From assembly GCA_035366835.1 (NCBI GenBank), contig DAOSIS010000015.1, forward strand, positions 23,949 through 87,948: a stretch of 64,000 nt of DNA, written 5' to 3'. Origin of the DNA: Syntrophales bacterium (GTDB taxonomy: Bacteria > Desulfobacterota > Syntrophia > Syntrophales > UBA6109). Positions within the stretch are counted from its first letter, which is position 1. Every line of letters begins with the position of its first letter. The notes under the pieces were generated by a model, which made no database searches, was not told the DNA's origin, and was given only the letters and a program-made list of their open reading frames with translations. The translations under genes and the position numbers were made by a program. Shown here piece after piece: positions 45,929 through 54,741 of this stretch.

Positions 45929-47640
45929 AGAGCATGTCGTCAACCGTTGCCCTGCCCAAAACCCGCTTTCTGGAGAACGTGACATTCGGAGGCTTGGCAG
46001 GCTATGCCGCCATCTGGCTCTTTTTCCTGGTTTTTCTCATCTATCCGCTGATCCGCCTCTTCTACGACAGCTTCACGACGGACGACGGCGTCTTCACGCT
46101 CGCCAATTTCCAGGATTTCTTCACGGACCGGTACTACCTGAAGTCGTTGATGAACTCTCTCGTTCTGGGCGTCGCCACGGTGGTCACGACGTCGGTCATC
46201 GGGATCGCCATCGCCTTCCTTCTCCTGCGCTACGACTTCCCCGGCCGCGGGCTCTTCTCGTATCTGACGATCATTCCGATGATCATGCCGCCCCTGGTCG
46301 GCGTCATGGGATTCGTCTTCATCATGGGCCGGGCCGGAACGGTCAACATCATCCTCCAGGATTATTTCGGTCTTCAGCAGCCCATCAATTTCATGTACGG
46401 CATCCACGGCGTTCTGCTCGTCGAGACGCTCCATCTCTTTCCCCTCATGACGCTCTCCATCGTGGACGCCATGGGGAAGATCTCCCCCTCGCTCGACGAG
46501 GCCGCGGAGAGCGTCGGATCCCGGGGGTTCCGGAAATTCTGGGACATCACCTTTCCCCTGACGACGCCGGGCTACGTCTCCGGGGCGCTCCTCGTTTTCA
46601 TCTGGACCTTCGCGGATTTCGCAACGCCGCTCGTTGTCGGGGTCGACGACCTGCTGGCCTCCCAGGCCTACCTGAACATCGTCCAGTTCGTGGACCGGCG
46701 CCTCTTCAAGATGGGGATCGTCATCTCGGCCATCATGGTCATTCTCGCGATCCTCTTCCTCATCATCGCGAAGAAGTACGTGTCCCTCAAGGATTACAGC
46801 TCCCTGAGCTATTCCGTGATCGAGCGGAAGAAACTCTCGCCGCTCGCGCAGGTCGGCGCGGTCCTTTTCCTGTCGCTGATCCTGCTTCTGGCTTTCATTC
46901 CCTATCTGGGGATTGCCTTGGATTCATTCGGGAAGGGGTGGGCCCTGACGCCCTTCCCCGTGAAATACACGCTCCAGTACTTCCAGCGGGTCGCGTTCGA
47001 AACGCCCAAGTTCATCCTCAACAGTCTCCTCTTCTCCGGCATCTCGGTGCTGATCTGCATCGTCGTCGGCGTGCCCGTGGCCTGGGTCATGGCGCGGACG
47101 AGGCTGCCGGGGAGGGACGTGCTGGACTCCCTGACGACGCTGATCCTGGCGCTGCCGGGCACCGGCATCGGCATCGCCTACATGCGGGCCTTCCGGGAGC
47201 CGTTCCCGTTCATGGAGACGGCGCTGATCGGCATGTGGATCATTATCCCGATCGTCCTAGGGGTCCGGCGCCTTCCCTACACCGTGCGGGGGACCTTCGC
47301 CTCGCTCCTCATCGTCCACAAGTCTTTCGAGGAGGCGGCGGAAAGCGTGGGTGCCACGAAGTCGAAAACCTTCAAGGACGTGACGCTGCCGCTGATCTGG
47401 AAAGGGGTGCTCGTCGGGTCGCTCTACTCGTTCATCCTCGCCCTGCAGGAGGCATCGGCCGCCCTGCTGCTCGTCGTTCCCGGCCACGAGATGATGACGG
47501 TGGGCATCTTCAACTTCTACATCGGCGGTTCCGTGAACGAGGCGGCCGCCCTGGGTTTCATTCTGATCATTCTGGGGGCGCTGTGCCTTCTGGTCATCAA
47601 CCGCCTGGCAGGTTCCAAGATGGGCGGCGTCTTCGGCTAG
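45925..47640 (+). CDS. ABC transporter permease, duplicated two-domain type (FbpB/ThiP-like)
   Basis: 571 aa polytopic protein. 4-nt overlap with the ATPase gene. Confidence 0.9.
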   Translation: MKSMSSTVALPKTRFLENVTFGGLAGYAAIWLFFLVFLIYPLIRLFYDSFTTDDGVFTLANFQDFFTDRYYLKSLMNSLVLGVATVVTTSVIGIAIAFLLLRYDFPGRGLFSYLTIIPMIMPPLVGVMGFVFIMGRAGTVNIILQDYFGLQQPINFMYGIHGVLLVETLHLFPLMTLSIVDAMGKISPSLDEAAESVGSRGFRKFWDITFPLTTPGYVSGALLVFIWTFADFATPLVVGVDDLLASQAYLNIVQFVDRRLFKMGIVISAIMVILAILFLIIAKKYVSLKDYSSLSYSVIERKKLSPLAQVGAVLFLSLILLLAFIPYLGIALDSFGKGWALTPFPVKYTLQYFQRVAFETPKFILNSLLFSGISVLICIVVGVPVAWVMARTRLPGRDVLDSLTTLILALPGTGIGIAYMRAFREPFPFMETALIGMWIIIPIVLGVRRLPYTVRGTFASLLIVHKSFEEAAESVGATKSKTFKDVTLPLIWKGVLVGSLYSFILALQEASAALLLVVPGHEMMTVGIFNFYIGGSVNEAAALGFILIILGALCLLVINRLAGSKMGGVFG

Positions 47641-47703
47641 AATGCGTCCGACGTCCTTCACGCACGGCTCTGCAAGCCCGCAACCTTCCGGAGGGTTCCG
47701 ATA

Positions 47704-49149
47704 ATGAGCGAAAGACTTTCTGCCTTCTTCTCCTTCCCAGGACTGATCCTCGTCGCATTGCTGGTCTTGACGCTCCCGCCGGCGCCAGCCTGCGTCCAGG
47801 CGCAGCCTCCGTCCGAAACCGGCAGCGCGGGCGGAGAGGTGGACTTCAGGACCGCGAACAAGGAGGCCATCGAGAAGCTGCGCAAGCTGCCGCCGGAAAA
47901 GATCGCCAGCCTCGACGAAAAACTCGCCGAGGCCCTGACCCTCTATTACGACGGGAAGTTCGCCCAGGCCCTGCCCATCTTCAACATGATCTCCGCCGAC
48001 GTGGAGACCATGGACATCATGTGGTGGCTGGGAACGAGCGCGATGAACGTCGGGGAGACGCGCCTCGCCGTGCAGAAATTCCAGCAGATGCTGGCGATCG
48101 ATCCCTCGCTGCACCGCGTCCGTCTCGAACTGGCCGCCGCCTATTTCCAGTTGAAACAGTACGAGGACGCCCGCCGTGAGGCGGAGGCGGTCAAGAATGC
48201 CCGGCCGCCGGAAGCGGTGGTCCGGAACATCGACAAACTCCTCGCGGCGATCGAGGAGAGCACCAAGACCCTCTACTGGAACGTGCGCTTCTCTCAGGGG
48301 ATTCAGTGGGACAGCAACATTTCCAGCGGCCCCGACCAGAAGGTGCTCAATGTGACGGGAGGAACCCTGACCCTCAACAACGACACGGCGGAGATCGGTG
48401 ACTGGGCGTCCATCACGAACTTCTCGGGGAACGTCCTGTACGACTTCGGCCGGAAGCAGGGCTTCATGTGGAATACGACGGCCGATCTCTACAACCAGTT
48501 CTACTTCCACAACGGCAAGTACAACTACAGCCTTGCGGATGTCTCGACAGGGCTCTGGTGGGTCGGACCCAGGGATATCCTGAAACTTCCCCTGGGTATG
48601 GCCAAGCAGGAGTTCGGCAGCGACCCGCTGTCCACCATCTATCACGTCAAGCCGAGCTGGGAGCACTACTTCACCCCCGGCTTCAGCGTCAAGGCCCTGT
48701 ACGCGTACAGCAACGAGCGCTTCATCGATGTGGAATACGATGATCAGGACAATGTCACGAACCGCTTCGAAATTACGCCGAACTTCTATTTCCTGAACCG
48801 GCGGCACATCGTTTCGATCAGCGGCGGCTACGAAAGATCCGCCGCGGACGCCCGGCGCTTCACCTACACGGCCCCCTACGGCGCCGTCTCCTACTATACG
48901 CGCTTTCCCACCAACACGGACCTTTTCCTGCGTTACCAGTATTCGAACCGGGATTACAAGGCGGCGCCCCTGCTCTACTCGGAAGATCGTGTCGACCGGC
49001 GCCACGCCTTTTCCATCGCCCTGAGCCAGGAGTTTCTGAAGCACTTCTTCACCTCTCTGGCCTTCAATTACATCGACAACCACTCGAATCTCGAACTGTA
49101 CGCTTTCCGAAAGCAGACCTACACACTCAGCTTCGGATTCTATTTCTGA
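47704..49149 (+). CDS. Slam-like outer-membrane protein (N-terminal TPR plus DUF560-type beta-barrel; type XI secretion-like)
   Basis: 481 aa. Signal peptide. TPR-like segment (LTLYYDGKFAQALPIF...AAAYFQLKQYEDA). Alternating-pattern barrel ending in the OMP C-terminus YTLSFGFYF. Confidence 0.7.
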   Translation: MSERLSAFFSFPGLILVALLVLTLPPAPACVQAQPPSETGSAGGEVDFRTANKEAIEKLRKLPPEKIASLDEKLAEALTLYYDGKFAQALPIFNMISADVETMDIMWWLGTSAMNVGETRLAVQKFQQMLAIDPSLHRVRLELAAAYFQLKQYEDARREAEAVKNARPPEAVVRNIDKLLAAIEESTKTLYWNVRFSQGIQWDSNISSGPDQKVLNVTGGTLTLNNDTAEIGDWASITNFSGNVLYDFGRKQGFMWNTTADLYNQFYFHNGKYNYSLADVSTGLWWVGPRDILKLPLGMAKQEFGSDPLSTIYHVKPSWEHYFTPGFSVKALYAYSNERFIDVEYDDQDNVTNRFEITPNFYFLNRRHIVSISGGYERSAADARRFTYTAPYGAVSYYTRFPTNTDLFLRYQYSNRDYKAAPLLYSEDRVDRRHAFSIALSQEFLKHFFTSLAFNYIDNHSNLELYAFRKQTYTLSFGFYF

Positions 49150-49167
49150 TTTTTCCGGGAGGTCACC

Positions 49168-51018
49168 ATGAACCGACGCATGCCCGTCCTGATCGTTCTC
49201 GCCGCAAGCCTGGCACTTCTTTGCTGTGCATGGCAGGTTGCCGACACTTTTGCCGCCGAGAAGAGCAGAGGCCATGCCGTTCCGGCGAGCCTCCTTCCCC
49301 GGGAGCTGAAGAACGTCGACGTCAAGGACCATTTCATCCCCGCAGGCACGAAGGCGGTCGGGGTGATCCAGTCCGTCATCGCCCATGTCGTCGTGGCCCG
49401 CAGGGATCTCGGCCAGGCCTACTATGCGGCCGACGGGGACAGGCTCTTTGAACAGGATGTGGTCTTCACATTGAAGGACTCCAAATGCCGCATCAAGCTC
49501 GCCAACGACGACATCATCACCGTGGGCGACAACAGCCGCCTGGCCGTCAACGAGATGACGGGCGACCGGAAGACCCCGGAAAAGAAATCGGTTCTGGAAC
49601 TGGCGCGCGGCAAGGCGATGTTCTATGCCATCCGCCTCCTCAACCACAAGAGCGCGACCATGAACGTGGTGAGCCCGACGGCCGTTACCGGCGTCCGGGG
49701 AACGAAATTCGGCATCGAAGTCACCGTGACGAACGAGACGGCGGCCGCCGCGCAGCCGATTCTTCTGGCCGACGCCTCCGCCGACTGGGGGCGACATCTC
49801 ATCCTCGCGCAGGCCGCGCCGTTGCCGGGAGTCACGACGGTCGTCCACGGATTTGAAGGCACCGTGGTGGTCACATCGACCGTCGACGGCAGGACGCAGA
49901 CCGTCGGCGCCGGGCAGACCTTATCGACCACACCGCAGGGCATCGGGGCGCTGATCCCGACGCCTCCGCAGGTTTCCCAGAGCTTCCAGTCCGCCACGAA
50001 TGTCCCGCCGCCGCAAGGGGCCGGAGGTGCCGGCGGCACGAGCGGCGGTCAGACCGGCGGCCAGAGCCAGGGCACGGCCGGCGGCACCGGGACGACGACC
50101 GCGACCACGACAACCTCCACCGAAACATCGCCGCCGCTGGTGGATACTTCGAGCGTGACGCAGACGCAGAGCACCAGCCAGACCGAACAGGCGGCAACGC
50201 AGACGGACCCCGTGACGGATCCGAAGACCAATGCCTCGGGCGGCCATACGGGCTATTTCGCGGGGATCCTCACCAACCTTTCTAAGGCGGGGATACAGGA
50301 CGTCTATGTCAGCCGGAACCGCTACGACGGCGACAGCAGCGTCTGGGGCAGGGGGCTCCTGAGCGCCCTGGATTATCTCCGTGTCGAGGGCGGCGGAAAG
50401 TTCGGGAACCCCACCCTGAAATGGGCCGAGCTCTTCGGTGCGACAAAATCTTCCGGGCCGCTCACGGTTCCCGTATCCTGCACAATCATGGGTACCTATA
50501 CCGACGGGTACGGCGGGCAGTACCTGGAATGGGGCTATGCCACGATTCCGTCCTTTGCGGTCGGCACGGAGAACTACGCCGTGGACAACCGGGCCTACTA
50601 CATCTTCGGCCAGAGCACGACCTCCGCCGACCTCATGAGCCTTACGGGAACGGCGATCTATTCGGGGGACGCCTTCGGGACCTACTGGACCTCCTCGGGC
50701 GGCGTGAACATGTCCGGCAGCTTCTCCTGTGACGTCAATTTCGCGACCAAGGCCGTGTCCGGCTTCAACCTCGGCGTATCGGGCTCCAATGTCTCCGCCG
50801 GGATCTCCGGCGCAAGCGGAACGATCGGCAGCGACGCGCACTTCCAGCTGACCGGCGGGACCTGGAGCCTCAACGGCACGACCCCCGCGAACACCAACGC
50901 CGGCGGCTCCCTCTACGGGCCGTCCGGCAGCTACATCGGCGGCCCCTGGGGAATGTCCACGAACGATGCGGCCGCCGCAGGCATCTACAAGGGGATAAAA
51001 AGCGGCGGGCCCTACTGA
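49168..51018 (+). CDS. exported FecR-domain protein with T/Q/G-rich linker and TbpB-like C-terminal beta-barrel (putative Slam cargo)
   Basis: 616 aa. FecR-like block (...ITVGDNSRLAVNEM...ARGKAMFYA...VVSPTAVTGVRGTKFGIEV). C-terminal pattern YSGDAFGTYW...GSFSCDVNFATKAVSGFNLGV...GGSLYGPSGSYIGGPWGM...AAGIYKGIK is collinear with TbpB/fHbp-type barrels. Confidence 0.7.
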   Translation: MNRRMPVLIVLAASLALLCCAWQVADTFAAEKSRGHAVPASLLPRELKNVDVKDHFIPAGTKAVGVIQSVIAHVVVARRDLGQAYYAADGDRLFEQDVVFTLKDSKCRIKLANDDIITVGDNSRLAVNEMTGDRKTPEKKSVLELARGKAMFYAIRLLNHKSATMNVVSPTAVTGVRGTKFGIEVTVTNETAAAAQPILLADASADWGRHLILAQAAPLPGVTTVVHGFEGTVVVTSTVDGRTQTVGAGQTLSTTPQGIGALIPTPPQVSQSFQSATNVPPPQGAGGAGGTSGGQTGGQSQGTAGGTGTTTATTTTSTETSPPLVDTSSVTQTQSTSQTEQAATQTDPVTDPKTNASGGHTGYFAGILTNLSKAGIQDVYVSRNRYDGDSSVWGRGLLSALDYLRVEGGGKFGNPTLKWAELFGATKSSGPLTVPVSCTIMGTYTDGYGGQYLEWGYATIPSFAVGTENYAVDNRAYYIFGQSTTSADLMSLTGTAIYSGDAFGTYWTSSGGVNMSGSFSCDVNFATKAVSGFNLGVSGSNVSAGISGASGTIGSDAHFQLTGGTWSLNGTTPANTNAGGSLYGPSGSYIGGPWGMSTNDAAAAGIYKGIKSGGPY

Positions 51019-51069
51019 CGGCCGGCCCGGGATCTCCGAGACCTGAAAGCCGCAGTTTTCGGCCGGTGT

Positions 51070-51175
51070 TGAATCCAGTAGAGAGCGCATTCCCCGCGGC
51101 TTGCTGCGGGGGATGCGAGCGAATCCTGTTTGAGATCCCTTCCTTGAGGACCGAAGATTCTCCGGAGAGCTTCAA
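51070..51175 (+). repeat. intergenic repeat element copy B
   Basis: GCATTCCCCGCGG-CTTG-CTGCGGGGGATGC (two G-U wobbles relative to copy A), then GCGAAT..TGTT..ATCCCTTCCTTGAGGACCGAAGATTCTCCGGAGAGCTTCAA. Confidence 0.6.
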
Positions 51176-51190
51176 TTTTGCCCAACGGGC

Positions 51191-51228
51191 GGATGTCCTG
51201 TATCAGCGGCGGGGCATCCGTTTTTTTT
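51191..51228 (+). terminator. intrinsic terminator after repeat copy B
   Basis: GGATGTCC-12 nt-GGGCATCC (8 bp including one G-U), followed by G and a T8 run (51221-51228). Confidence 0.55.
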
Positions 51229-51416
51229 CAGCGGTAAGTCCTCCATTTCCTCTCTGTGCAATGTCTCACGTCATGCACGTTTCTTCCCCTCCCATCCGAC
51301 GCCTGCTTCCGAATCAGATGTACAGGAGGACGCCTCGCAGAGTGAAGGCCCGGCCGATGGTGTGGCGGGTACATCATCGGCAGCCTGGGGAGAGGCAGGC
51401 GAGTGTCGGAATGGGC

Positions 51417-52256
51417 TCAGAAGAAGGCGAAATAAAGCGCACGGGCGGACGCCCAGGCGAGCACGGCGGCGTTCACGACCACGGCCGCCGAAGAGAGGAT
51501 CCTGTGGAGGGCTGTTTCGGACCGTTTCTCCTCGTATCCGGCGAGGAGTCCGATCAGAATGCCCGCTGCGATGCCGCCGCCGTGGGCCCAGTTGTTGATG
51601 CCCGGGAAGACGAGCCCGAAAAGGGCGAGACCGACGATCCATCCCATCGCCTGACGGTAGACCGCCTGGCCGTAGAATCCTCCGCGGCTCTTGCCGTAGT
51701 ACAGAATCGCGCCGATGAGGCCGCAAACGGAGGCGGAGGCGCCGATCGTAAAGGGTATCCCCGCCGGCAGCGACACGGCGAACCCGGCCACGCCGCTCAG
51801 GAGATAGATCAAGAGGAACCGGGCCGTCCCGTATTCCTGCCGGACGAAGGGGCCCAGCTGGTGGAGGGCCATCATGTTGAAGACGATGTGGAGGATTCCC
51901 CCGTGGAGAAAGGACGCCGTCAGCAGCGTCCACCATCGCCCGTACCCTTCGACGGGGATCGTGCCCGTCGCCCCGAGGACGAAGAGGCTGTTCGTCGTCG
52001 GCGAGAGGAACGTGAGGGGATTCATGGAGAAGCCGGCGCCCATCGGATTGAGGAGCAGTGAAAGGAGATAGCAGGCGGCGTTCACGCCGATGAGAATCCG
52101 CACGGGATCCAGATCGGTGTACCGGCCGGCGAGCAGCAGGCGCCGGAATCCCGAAGAGGGATTCTTCATGCCGCAATAAGGGCAGACCGGTTCGCCGGCG
52201 CTCAGGAGCCTGCGGCAGTTGGGGCACAAGAAGGAGGTTCGCCGGCGGTCGTTCAT
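51417..52256 (-). CDS. rhomboid-family intramembrane serine protease with N-terminal zinc ribbon
   Basis: 279 aa. CPNCRRLL...CPYCG. HGGILHIVFNMMAL. Catalytic GASASVCG and a downstream HGGGIAAG. Confidence 0.85.
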   Translation of the reverse strand: MNDRRRTSFLCPNCRRLLSAGEPVCPYCGMKNPSSGFRRLLLAGRYTDLDPVRILIGVNAACYLLSLLLNPMGAGFSMNPLTFLSPTTNSLFVLGATGTIPVEGYGRWWTLLTASFLHGGILHIVFNMMALHQLGPFVRQEYGTARFLLIYLLSGVAGFAVSLPAGIPFTIGASASVCGLIGAILYYGKSRGGFYGQAVYRQAMGWIVGLALFGLVFPGINNWAHGGGIAAGILIGLLAGYEEKRSETALHRILSSAAVVVNAAVLAWASARALYFAFF

Positions 52257-52265
52257 CGTCGCTCC

Positions 52266-53423
52266 TCAGAAGAACCGCATCATCACAGGTATCGCGACGA
52301 AGGTGCCGACGGACGTGGTCAGGTTCACGACGGCCACGAGGAGCAGGATGCGGGTGATCTTGTTGCGGACGAAACCGTAGAGCGTCGTGATATCGTCGGC
52401 CAGCGCCAGGAAATCCTTGACCTGCGGCTTGCGCAGGCTGGCCTCGGTCAGGCCGGCCACCCATCCGGCGGCGATCAGGGGATGGAGCGTGGTGATCGGA
52501 GCCGCCGCCGCGGAGGCGACGATCGTCAGCGGATGGGCCAGGAGCATGGCGGCGCCGAGCGCGGCGCACGCCGAGGTGATGATCGTCCACCACTTGATCA
52601 TGTTGAGGCTCGCCTGGGACCCCGAGTAGAAGAAGCCGGCGGCGAACAGGATGATGATGCCCAGGGAAAAGCCCCAGCCGAAGAACCGGGACCAGAGGCC
52701 GGGCGGCGGGACGGTATTGAGGGCGTCGATATCGATCTCCCTTCCGAAGTTCCGGACAATGCCGGGCACGTGTCCCGCGCCGACGACGGCGACGATCTTT
52801 TCGCCGGGGGCGGCTCCGATCTCATGGGCAAGATAGAGGTCCCGCTCGTCGATGAGCGTCGTCTTGAGGCTGGGCATCTTCTCCCCCACCGCCTGCAGGG
52901 CGATCTCCAGGACGTCGCTTTGCTTGAGTTTTTCGATTTCCTCTTCGGTGACTTCCTCCCCGATGAAGGGCGAGGCGAGCATCTCCGTCAGCAGTTTCGT
53001 CTTCGTCCAGAAACCCATCTTGCGCCAGGTGCGCAGCATGGTCACCCGGATGCCGCGGTCGGCGAGAACCATGCGGGCGCCGATCTCCTCCGCCTTCGCG
53101 AGGGCCCGCATCATCTCTTCACCGGGACGGATGTTGAATTTTTTCGCCAGCCGTTTCTGGAAGGAGGACATCAGCAGTTGGGACAGGAGGAGGGAGGTCC
53201 GCTTCTGCCGGATCACCTTCACGATATCCATCTCCCGCCAGCTGTCCTGCTGGCGCAGGGCCTCATAGCGGTCCCTGCAGAGCTCCACACAAACGGTGTC
53301 CGGCCTCTCCTCGTCGATGGTCCTTTCCACCAGCGCCACGCTTTCCCGCGAAATATGGGCGGTTCCGACCAGGACGATCCGTTTGCCGCCGGTCTCGATC
53401 CGTTGTATATTCTGCTCGCTCAG
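52266..53423 (-). CDS. TraB/GumN-family protein with C-terminal membrane domain
   Basis: ORF 52266..53339 starts at a GTG inside the conserved region. The in-frame upstream sequence encodes LSEQNIQRIETGGKRIVLVGTAHISRESVALVERTIDEERPD. The only start-like codon is CTG 53423-53421, 8 nt after GGAGGAG. Confidence 0.7.
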   Translation of the reverse strand: MSEQNIQRIETGGKRIVLVGTAHISRESVALVERTIDEERPDTVCVELCRDRYEALRQQDSWREMDIVKVIRQKRTSLLLSQLLMSSFQKRLAKKFNIRPGEEMMRALAKAEEIGARMVLADRGIRVTMLRTWRKMGFWTKTKLLTEMLASPFIGEEVTEEEIEKLKQSDVLEIALQAVGEKMPSLKTTLIDERDLYLAHEIGAAPGEKIVAVVGAGHVPGIVRNFGREIDIDALNTVPPPGLWSRFFGWGFSLGIIILFAAGFFYSGSQASLNMIKWWTIITSACAALGAAMLLAHPLTIVASAAAAPITTLHPLIAAGWVAGLTEASLRKPQVKDFLALADDITTLYGFVRNKITRILLLVAVVNLTTSVGTFVAIPVMMRFF

Positions 53424-53529
53424 GGTTCCCTCTCCTCCGGAATGTCTCCGGACGCTGGGGTCGTCATTATCAACAAACCGGAGTGTTGTAAAGCGAAAGG
53501 AAAAAGGTTTGCGTCAACGGCAGGGCGGC

Positions 53530-54729
53530 ATGAAGCGGGGCGATATCGTCGAAGTCTCGATCGGCGCATCGGCCTTCGGAGGCGAGGGCGTGGGGCGCAT
53601 CGCCGGGCAGGTCGTCTTTGTCCCCTTCACGGTCCCGGGCGACCGGGCCGAAGTGAAGATTCTCGAAGCGAAGAAGGCCTTTGCCCGGGGCAGGGCGCTT
53701 CGCATCCTGCAGCCCTCCGCCGGTCGGATCGAACCGCGCTGCTCCGTGTACGGACGGTGCGGCGGATGCTGCTACCAGCAGTTGCCCTACGAGCGCCAGA
53801 CCTCCCTCAAGGAGGCCCAGGTAACGGAAGCCTTTCGAAGAATCGGCGGAGTCGACGCGCCGCCGGTGAGGCCCATCCTGGCATCGCCGCTGCAGTTCCG
53901 CTACCGGGATCGGGCGGAGTTCCACTTCCGGACGGAAGGGGACGGACGTCTTCGCGCGGGCTTCATGCAGTGGCGCGACCGCCGGATCGTGGAAATCGAA
54001 GGCTGCGAAATCGTTCACCGCTCGATCGAAGAGAAGTTCCGCGCCTTCCGGGACGAACTGCGCGGCCGCCGGGATTCGCCCCTGAACCGGAAGGTCCTGT
54101 TCTGGTCGGACGGCGGGGAGCCTCTGTCCGGCGTCGGGAAGGGGAGGGCCGAAGAAGGATGCGTCCTGCGCGGCGTCAAGGAGCATTCCTTTCTCGTGCC
54201 GGCGGGAGGATTCTTCCAGGCGAACGGTTCCCTCGCCGGTGCGCTCGTCGATGCCGTCGTCGAGGCATGCGGGCTTCGCGGCAACGAGGTCGTGCTCGAC
54301 GCCTACAGCGGCTCCGGCCTCTTCGCGCTCTTCCTCGCCGCCCGGGCCGGGCGGGTCGTCGGTGTCGAGCGGGACCCGGACGCCGTCCGCTGCGCCCGAC
54401 GGAATGCGGAGCGGCTCGGCGTTCGCAACGCCGACTTTTCCTGCGGCGACGCGGCCGCCGCGTTGAGGGGGGAGGCACCGCTTGTACGGCCGGACGTCGA
54501 TGTCGTCGTTCTCGACCCGCCCCGGATCGGGATGGGCCCCGGTACCGCCGAGGGTTTGGCCCGGCTGCGACCGAAGAGAATCGTCTACGTCTCCTGCGAC
54601 CCCGCCACGCAGGCCCGGGACATCCGGTGCCTGACCGGCATGGGGTTCGCCCTGCGCAGCCTTCAGCCCCTGGACATGTTTCCGCAGACGTCGCACGTGG
54701 AAATTGTCGGTCTCCTGGAGGCCTCCTGA
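53530..54729 (+). CDS. rlmD: TRAM-domain 23S rRNA (uracil-C5)-methyltransferase, RlmD/RumA family
   Basis: Internal Met (MKRGDIVEVSIGASAFGGEGVGR) of ORF 53296..54729. Fe-S Cys cluster CSVYGRCGGCCYQ. FFQAN. VVLDPPR. Confidence 0.8.
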   Translation: MKRGDIVEVSIGASAFGGEGVGRIAGQVVFVPFTVPGDRAEVKILEAKKAFARGRALRILQPSAGRIEPRCSVYGRCGGCCYQQLPYERQTSLKEAQVTEAFRRIGGVDAPPVRPILASPLQFRYRDRAEFHFRTEGDGRLRAGFMQWRDRRIVEIEGCEIVHRSIEEKFRAFRDELRGRRDSPLNRKVLFWSDGGEPLSGVGKGRAEEGCVLRGVKEHSFLVPAGGFFQANGSLAGALVDAVVEACGLRGNEVVLDAYSGSGLFALFLAARAGRVVGVERDPDAVRCARRNAERLGVRNADFSCGDAAAALRGEAPLVRPDVDVVVLDPPRIGMGPGTAEGLARLRPKRIVYVSCDPATQARDIRCLTGMGFALRSLQPLDMFPQTSHVEIVGLLEAS

Positions 54730-54741
54730 AGGGAACTCCCG

